A stretch of DNA of 31,637 nt from a virus. Taxonomy: Duplodnaviria > Caudoviricetes. The position numbers and the translations under genes are program-made. The DNA lies in the IMG/VR virus record IMGVR_UViG_3300037319_000051, positions 1 to 31,637 of that record. The stretch is one strand, 5' to 3'. Positions 25,993 to 31,637 of the stretch are shown here, piece after piece. The first letter of the stretch is position 1; the number at the start of each line of letters is the position of its first letter. The notes under the pieces are model-generated. The model ran no database searches, had not been told where the DNA came from, and worked only from the letters and a program-made list of their open reading frames with translations.

Positions 25993-26003
25993 TGATTGTT
26001 TCA
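25976..26003 (-). promoter_or_regulatory. Putative promoter TGAAAC-N17-TATAA (sugar-nucleotide operon)
   Basis: Exact 17-nt spacer; overlaps the inverted repeat. Confidence 0.7.
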
Positions 26004-26042
26004 ACACATGTGGTTGATAGTTCCGATGATACGCGGAATATT

Positions 26043-26909
26043 TTAATATTTTAAAGCTGCCATCATTCCTTCAATTTGTACGTAGCTTATTGTTGCCCCT
26101 GATGGAGTAATAGTTCCAAAAGAAAAAGATAGATTTGCACCTGATCCTCCTTTTTTAACTGCTTTGTCGTATTCTGTCTTTGCGTCAGCTTCTTCTTTAA
26201 ATACAGATACTGCTTTCGGTTTAAAAGCTGCTCCTATTGAATAATCATTTTCATCCTTTAGGGTCATGTTCTGTTTGTTTAGTGTTATTTTGTTATGTGT
26301 AATAACAGCGTATTGAGTTTCTCCTTTACTTATTGTTGTATATCCTCTAAAAGTATCTTTGTGAAAATGATAAGATTCGAATGATTCGTTAAGTTCCTCA
26401 ATAGAAAGCTTAGATTCGTTTCTTGATTCTCTCATGCTAGGCTCAGCCTTTTTAATACCTTTCATAAAAGTTTTTTCAGTGTCTTTAATATTACCATATT
26501 TAGTTCCACCGCCAACTGCAGCATTAATAACATCACCATTATCTTTTATGTAATAACTACCACCGTCGAAGTCTTCTCCACCCCATGATAATTCAAAACT
26601 TGCTCCTCTTCCTTTATCATATTCAAAATCATGAACACCAACATGGACGTCATCTAACTTTGCCATTGCTTTTGCTAACGCGTCAGCAGCAGCCCTTACT
26701 TCTTTTTCAGAAAAATTGAATTTTTCATTAATAGTAGATTCTGTGAATGCTTTAAATGTTTTTAATTTTGCCATTTTCTTTTTCTTTTTGTTTTTCTTAT
26801 CAGCATCTCCTTGTCCCGATGGAATATCTCCGCTGCCGTCTTGTGTTTGAGTTGGCAATAGAATTTCTCCCATACCTGCTATGTTTGATGGTGTTATATT
26901 TTCTTTCAT
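26043..26909 (-). CDS. Putative internal virion protein, modular
   Basis: 288 aa; KLKTFKAFTESTINE and RNESKLSIEELNES linkers. Confidence 0.6.
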   Translation of the reverse strand: MKENITPSNIAGMGEILLPTQTQDGSGDIPSGQGDADKKNKKKKKMAKLKTFKAFTESTINEKFNFSEKEVRAAADALAKAMAKLDDVHVGVHDFEYDKGRGASFELSWGGEDFDGGSYYIKDNGDVINAAVGGGTKYGNIKDTEKTFMKGIKKAEPSMRESRNESKLSIEELNESFESYHFHKDTFRGYTTISKGETQYAVITHNKITLNKQNMTLKDENDYSIGAAFKPKAVSVFKEEADAKTEYDKAVKKGGSGANLSFSFGTITPSGATISYVQIEGMMAALKY

Positions 26910-26910
26910 A

Positions 26911-28416
26911 TTACCAAGCGTAAGACATATCGTCTATTTGCTTTATTTTATCCATAGTGCTTTTAGCGTATTCTTTAACAGACCTAGTATACCATGATTC
27001 TGCTTTTCCGTATTGAGCTTTAACGTCTGCTTCTTGCTTTACATAATCAACGTATCTAGAATAATCGTCTAATATACCTGACATGTGGTTAGCAGCATCT
27101 CTTAATTTAACTTCTTTTCCTTTTTTGCTCTTTCCGATTATAGGATCTCCGTATTTACCAACTTCTGTAGAAGTAAGACCTGTCTTGATCTGTTCTGCCA
27201 TAGCGTCGATTGCATCTTTAACTAATTTATCTAAAGGTAATTTTGATGCTTTAGTAGCTAATATAGTTTCGTATCTATTTTTGTTTTCTGCTTTAAAATC
27301 TTTATCTGATTTAAATGCAATTGCTCCAGCTTTTGCTGCTTTACGATCTTCTTTTTGACCTGCAGAACCTATAAGATCCTGTAGTGATGATATACTAATA
27401 GAATAAGCTCTATCGGCAACCTCTATAATTCTTTTAACTGAAGATAATCCAGTAGCACCGTATCCTTTATATCTTTTATTAGCTCCAACATCTACTCCAT
27501 CTTTAGAAAGTGTTTTAGTACCACTTTGCCATCCGTATCTACTATTTCCGTTTCTTGAGCTATATCCTAAGAAATCTTTTCCTCTAGAAATTGCTAAAAG
27601 ACCAGGATGTAACATTGCTGGGTTATCATCGCCGTATGGACTTTTTGTATCTTTATCTAATACATAAAAAATAACTCTATCATTATCCTTAGATGCTTTA
27701 AAAGCGTCTTTCATATCCATGTCTAATATATGACTGTCATCAACTAGATCTAATTTAATTTTAGTATACTCATAAAATCTCTTAGCAAGGTCTCCATTTT
27801 TTTGGTAACCATCAGATGAACTCATAGTTAATAAATTCTTTAATTTAGAAGATTTAAATGCTTCGTTTAGATTAGATTCGTTTAATATAGGTTCGTTTAA
27901 AGATCCTACAAATTTTGAGAATGATTCGTAAATAAAATTAGTTTTCATATTAGTTTTGTTTTCTTTTAAATCTAGTTCCCATCCGTATTCAACATACGCT
28001 ATTGCGTCAGAAATAGATACTTTATGTTTTTTTGCTAGTTTAGTAACAACGTCGATTGTTATTTGAGAGTTTGGAAATTTAGCAATTGCCTTATCAAATC
28101 CTTCTGGTACCCAGATCTCTGGATTTTCGTCTTTCTTTTCGTTCATTGCTATTGAATTAAATATTTTCATTCCGAATTTAGATAATGAAATTCCTTCCTC
28201 AGAGACACTGAAATATTTTGAGTTTCTAGATGACCATCTTTTAGAATCATTTGATAATTCTGAGACGATATTGTCATAATCTTTCTGTGATATTTTACCG
28301 TCTTTAATAGCCTCTAAAACTTTGTTTCTTATTTTAGCAGAAGTTCCTGCAGTTTTAGCTGGATAGTTTTCGGTATATTTTCTCTTTAGTTGTACCTTTC
28401 TTTCATTAAGATTCAT
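26911..28416 (-). CDS. Putative internal virion protein, modular
   Basis: 501 aa; YESFSKFVGSLNEPILNESNLNEA linker; late promoter upstream. Confidence 0.6.
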   Translation of the reverse strand: MNLNERKVQLKRKYTENYPAKTAGTSAKIRNKVLEAIKDGKISQKDYDNIVSELSNDSKRWSSRNSKYFSVSEEGISLSKFGMKIFNSIAMNEKKDENPEIWVPEGFDKAIAKFPNSQITIDVVTKLAKKHKVSISDAIAYVEYGWELDLKENKTNMKTNFIYESFSKFVGSLNEPILNESNLNEAFKSSKLKNLLTMSSSDGYQKNGDLAKRFYEYTKIKLDLVDDSHILDMDMKDAFKASKDNDRVIFYVLDKDTKSPYGDDNPAMLHPGLLAISRGKDFLGYSSRNGNSRYGWQSGTKTLSKDGVDVGANKRYKGYGATGLSSVKRIIEVADRAYSISISSLQDLIGSAGQKEDRKAAKAGAIAFKSDKDFKAENKNRYETILATKASKLPLDKLVKDAIDAMAEQIKTGLTSTEVGKYGDPIIGKSKKGKEVKLRDAANHMSGILDDYSRYVDYVKQEADVKAQYGKAESWYTRSVKEYAKSTMDKIKQIDDMSYAW

Positions 28417-28447
28417 ATTTGTTATATGTTTTTATATATTATAAGAT

Positions 28448-28455
28448 TATATATC
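28448..28455 (-). promoter_or_regulatory. Putative late promoter GATATATA
   Basis: 32 nt upstream of ATG 28416. Confidence 0.6.
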
Positions 28456-28468
28456 TACATTATTTTAA

Positions 28469-30349
28469 TTATTTTAACTTATTAATGAATTGTTCGTATG
28501 TCATTAAACTACTATCTATAATTTTAGATGCAGATACTAATTTCATTGAAGATTCTAATTCTGATTTTAAGGTAGAATACATTTTATGAATTCCCTTCGG
28601 TGTCATTTTCTTAAACGTCTTTTCATCTCCGTCTAACATTGCATTACGAACATTAGTTGCTGAAATGTTGTCATCAGATCTTGGTATTTCAAAAAGAGCA
28701 AAATCTTTATTTACGTTTAACTGATCTCTATAAGAATCATTATTTACTTGATATCCATAAGATTTCATTCTATCAGTACCTGTTCCCCATAGTATTGGTT
28801 CATATTTAGGTCTAAGTGCATTAAACATTTTGTCTATTGCAGCACTTGGTAGAACTATTATTTCTTTTAGAAACTTATATTGTTTCTGTACTTGTTTAAA
28901 CATTTCAATCTGAGTATCTGTTGAATATGGTTTTCTAAATTCATCACCCTTTTTAACAGCCTTTCCTTTTATTAAAAATACAATAACTGGAAATCCATTT
29001 TCTTTGTGTATTGTTTCAAGTACCTTTGCATGTCCTAATGTAAATGGTTGAAATCTACCAACAAATATATTCACTGGTTGTTTACCTTGTTCTCCGTGGT
29101 CTACTTTTAGTGCTTCGTTTAGATTTACTGTACTTTTTATCTTGGTATGCATCATGAAGTTATTGTAGTCATATATAGAATTTTCATCTGTATTTTCTAC
29201 AAAGATTGCTTCATTTATTTTATCTACTATAGTGTTTAACTGAAGAACCATATCATCGTTTATAATGTCAGATGATTTTGATTTTTGTTTTCTAAAAGTA
29301 CCTAAAGTTATTTTGAATAGAGAAGAAAGAACTTCGTTTGAAACGTGTCTTAATGTTTTCTCATTCTTAATAAAGTTTGTATTCAGTTTAAATGAGTTTG
29401 AGTTTGAGAATTCTGCATTATCGAAGTTAACTCCAATGTATCTAGAAGCATTTTTAGAAATGTAGTCGTTAAATACAACAGACATTAGCTCTAGGTACCG
29501 CTGATTTGCACTCTCTTCAACTAGCTGTATTTTTTTGAAATCATACTTAATACAGTGTTCCAGTATGTCAGCGATTGCGATTTGATACATATGAGAACTC
29601 TCTCTTGTTTCGTTAAGATTGGTTCTAGTAAAATCTTCTAACTTAAAAGAAGATATTTTCTTTCCTTCTGCAAAATTTAATACAAGTGCTTCTATTTCTT
29701 GTTCTAAATCATTATGTAAAAGAGATGCTCTTGAGTTTGGATTAAATATTTTATAAACTTCTTTAGTAAAACTAGTTTCGATATCTGTTTCAATATCATA
29801 ATCAAATGACGTAGAAAACTCTTTGTCATTCATTTCTAGTAATTTTACAAGCTTTTCAACTTGTAATTGATTTAAAACACCATCAAAAATAATCTCTTGT
29901 GATTGAACATCAAGAATCTTAGACCACTTTGATAAAACAATAGGATCTATTATAGTCTTTTTAACTTTACCAGATTCAGTTATTTGCTGAACATGTGTAA
30001 GTATTAAGTTATTTGTAGGAGCTTTATCATACGATATTGAAGAAACATTAGTTTCTGGCAAGTACTCAAATCCAAATCTATAATCTTGTTGTAATTTATC
30101 TTTGTCTATTGGATTTAAACTTTGTATGTGTTTTATTGCAACTTCATATAGAGACATAATAGTTCTATCTACTATAGTAAGAGGTTTGCCATTTGAAGAT
30201 TTATAATATTCAAATTTGTCATTTACTCTTCTAACATAAAATGAAGGAGCTGATATTTTTTCGACAACCATCACTCTATTTTTTAATAGCCTCTGGAACT
30301 CGTTTATATTAGTTCCTTGAAAATGTTCTCTTAATTTTTGAAGTGCCAT
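28469..30349 (-). CDS. Two-domain protein: N-terminal degenerate RNA-ligase-like domain plus C-terminal (H/T)xGH nucleotidyltransferase (cytidyltransferase/NMNAT-like)
   Basis: C-terminal GRFQPFTLGH and ISATNVR are clear. N-terminal VVEKISAPSF..FGFEY..EIIFDG..EIEALVL..FKL echo ligase motifs I, III, IV and V (tentative). Confidence 0.7.
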   Translation of the reverse strand: MALQKLREHFQGTNINEFQRLLKNRVMVVEKISAPSFYVRRVNDKFEYYKSSNGKPLTIVDRTIMSLYEVAIKHIQSLNPIDKDKLQQDYRFGFEYLPETNVSSISYDKAPTNNLILTHVQQITESGKVKKTIIDPIVLSKWSKILDVQSQEIIFDGVLNQLQVEKLVKLLEMNDKEFSTSFDYDIETDIETSFTKEVYKIFNPNSRASLLHNDLEQEIEALVLNFAEGKKISSFKLEDFTRTNLNETRESSHMYQIAIADILEHCIKYDFKKIQLVEESANQRYLELMSVVFNDYISKNASRYIGVNFDNAEFSNSNSFKLNTNFIKNEKTLRHVSNEVLSSLFKITLGTFRKQKSKSSDIINDDMVLQLNTIVDKINEAIFVENTDENSIYDYNNFMMHTKIKSTVNLNEALKVDHGEQGKQPVNIFVGRFQPFTLGHAKVLETIHKENGFPVIVFLIKGKAVKKGDEFRKPYSTDTQIEMFKQVQKQYKFLKEIIVLPSAAIDKMFNALRPKYEPILWGTGTDRMKSYGYQVNNDSYRDQLNVNKDFALFEIPRSDDNISATNVRNAMLDGDEKTFKKMTPKGIHKMYSTLKSELESSMKLVSASKIIDSSLMTYEQFINKLK

Positions 30350-30357
30350 ATTTATTT

Positions 30358-31637
30358 TTATCTGTTGTTCATTATATCAGTCAGAGATCTTCCAACCGCG
30401 TCGTTAAACGAATATTTGCGACAAATTAATCCTATTGAATCATAATTAGATCCTTGTGAATCTGAAACATATACTCCACCGTCATTTCCTCCGAATTGAT
30501 CGAATATAAATAACAAGTTATATATCTCTTGTTTTATTTTATCACTAATATTACTTGGTATACCAGAACCTATCATTACTCCTATTAAATAAGTTTCACG
30601 TCCTGTTCCAAAACTAACGCCAGCTTGTATTTTTCCACTAACACTACTCATTGCAGTACCTGACCATCCGGCAGCTGCAGGCGTTTGTGAATTATCTGTT
30701 TCGTGTTTCTTATATTTCTTAAGTACCTTAGCTATTTGAACTGCAAGTTGGTTTGAATTTCCACCATCAAATATGTCAAAAGAATCAGGCATATCTTGTT
30801 CCGAAGTTCCCTGAACCGGTTGAATATTCTTTGCGTCTATTTTTCCAGACTTAAATTGTTTTTCTAATTTATCTAAAGTTTTAGCATAAGATGGGTTTTT
30901 AAATTTACCAACTGCTACTTTTGCAATTCTTATTTTATCTGCTAACTTATTCTTAATTCCTTTTTTACCGAATAAAACCCCTTCATTTAAATACTGTTCA
31001 AATAACAGTGTGTTCTCTAGATCTTTAGTAACTTTAGATTCGTTATAAACAATATGTCCTTCGTTATCTTCAATTGAAATACGAGCCTTAGGAAACTCTT
31101 TTTTAGCTTTTTCGTAAAATGCAGGAATAGCATCCATTATATCTACATGTTCTTGGTTAACAACCTTGTTATTTTGTATAGACACTACTGTCCAAGGACC
31201 AGACTTAGATCCTTTTCTAACTCCTTTCATTATATTACCCCATTTACCTTCGTTAATAGATTCATTAGAAGCTGATTCGTTGATTTTAAAACTATGAGTT
31301 CCTCCGCCTGAAGAAATATCATTCCATTTTATATGAGTTACTTTTAAATCAGGATCTAATATTTTAATAGAATCAATAACACTCTGTGGATCTACTTTAT
31401 ATCCGTAAACTACGTGTATTTCTTTAGTGGTAAACTTTTTAACTCTTGGTTTAGTTCTACCTGAATAGTCGAGAGTTAATTGATAGCTTATATCTGCCTT
31501 AGTAAATTTTAATTTAGCTTCAGTAACTACTGATTCGTTAAATAAATAAGTATAGTTATTATTTTTCTTAGAGTAAACTGATTTTATTTCAAATTCTCCT
31601 TGTTTTTTTGTATAATATGCTTTAAAGAATAGATTAG
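30358..31637 (-). CDS. Large modular protein (putative virion polyprotein); 5'-partial
   Basis: The frame stays open upstream of the ORF-track ATG (31230) to the window edge: ..YLFNESVVTEAKLKF..FKINESASNESINEGKWGNIMKGVRK.. Confidence 0.8.
   Translation of the reverse strand, partial: NLFFKAYYTKKQGEFEIKSVYSKKNNNYTYLFNESVVTEAKLKFTKADISYQLTLDYSGRTKPRVKKFTTKEIHVVYGYKVDPQSVIDSIKILDPDLKVTHIKWNDISSGGGTHSFKINESASNESINEGKWGNIMKGVRKGSKSGPWTVVSIQNNKVVNQEHVDIMDAIPAFYEKAKKEFPKARISIEDNEGHIVYNESKVTKDLENTLLFEQYLNEGVLFGKKGIKNKLADKIRIAKVAVGKFKNPSYAKTLDKLEKQFKSGKIDAKNIQPVQGTSEQDMPDSFDIFDGGNSNQLAVQIAKVLKKYKKHETDNSQTPAAAGWSGTAMSSVSGKIQAGVSFGTGRETYLIGVMIGSGIPSNISDKIKQEIYNLLFIFDQFGGNDGGVYVSDSQGSNYDSIGLICRKYSFNDAVGRSLTDIMNNR

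Noticed and set aside
218-29465. All plus-strand ORFs in the track (e.g. 218-523, 2573-2926, 6558-6860, 13483-13689, 27083-27358)
   Set aside because: They are Ser/Phe/Leu-rich antisense shadows lying within or overlapping well-supported minus-strand genes, with no motifs or expression signals.
31228-31230. ATG 31230 as the start of the last gene
   Set aside because: The frame is open and protein-like up to the window edge, so the gene is 5'-truncated by the window.
1-31637. Genome-wide stop-codon reassignment
   Set aside because: All conserved genes, including late structural ones, are full length under the standard code. Only the single TAG after PolN is noteworthy.

Overview
AT-rich segment of a large T4-like (jumbo-type) myophage. 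Every credible gene lies on the minus strand. The host is probably a Bacteroidota/Flavobacteriia member, inferred from A-rich leaders without Shine-Dalgarno motifs, TAnnTTT-type promoters and a class Id ribonucleotide reductase. By coordinate, the window holds: (1) a head module with a fused prohead protease-scaffold, a core protein, portal, gp2, gp4, the gp55 late sigma and a gp15-like gene; (2) a replication/recombination module with gp46/47, a gp33-like protein, gp41 helicase, a 2OG-Fe(II) oxygenase and UvsX; (3) a family-B DNA polymerase split into two genes 3.6 kb apart, with the sliding clamp, a structured non-coding element and nrdAB between them; (4) a candidate DNA sugar-hypermodification set: dimeric dUTPase/dCTPase, a T4-type beta-glucosyltransferase, a DUF6378-like protein, dTDP-glucose 4,6-dehydratase and a TagD-like cytidylyltransferase, interrupted by a cassette of small genes with repeated promoters; (5) modular proteins with capsid-targeting-like motifs and repeated xNE protease-site linkers, i.e. 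candidate virion-packaged polyproteins. Three distinct promoter classes can be read directly from the intergenic DNA. All family calls come from motif recognition, not from database searches.
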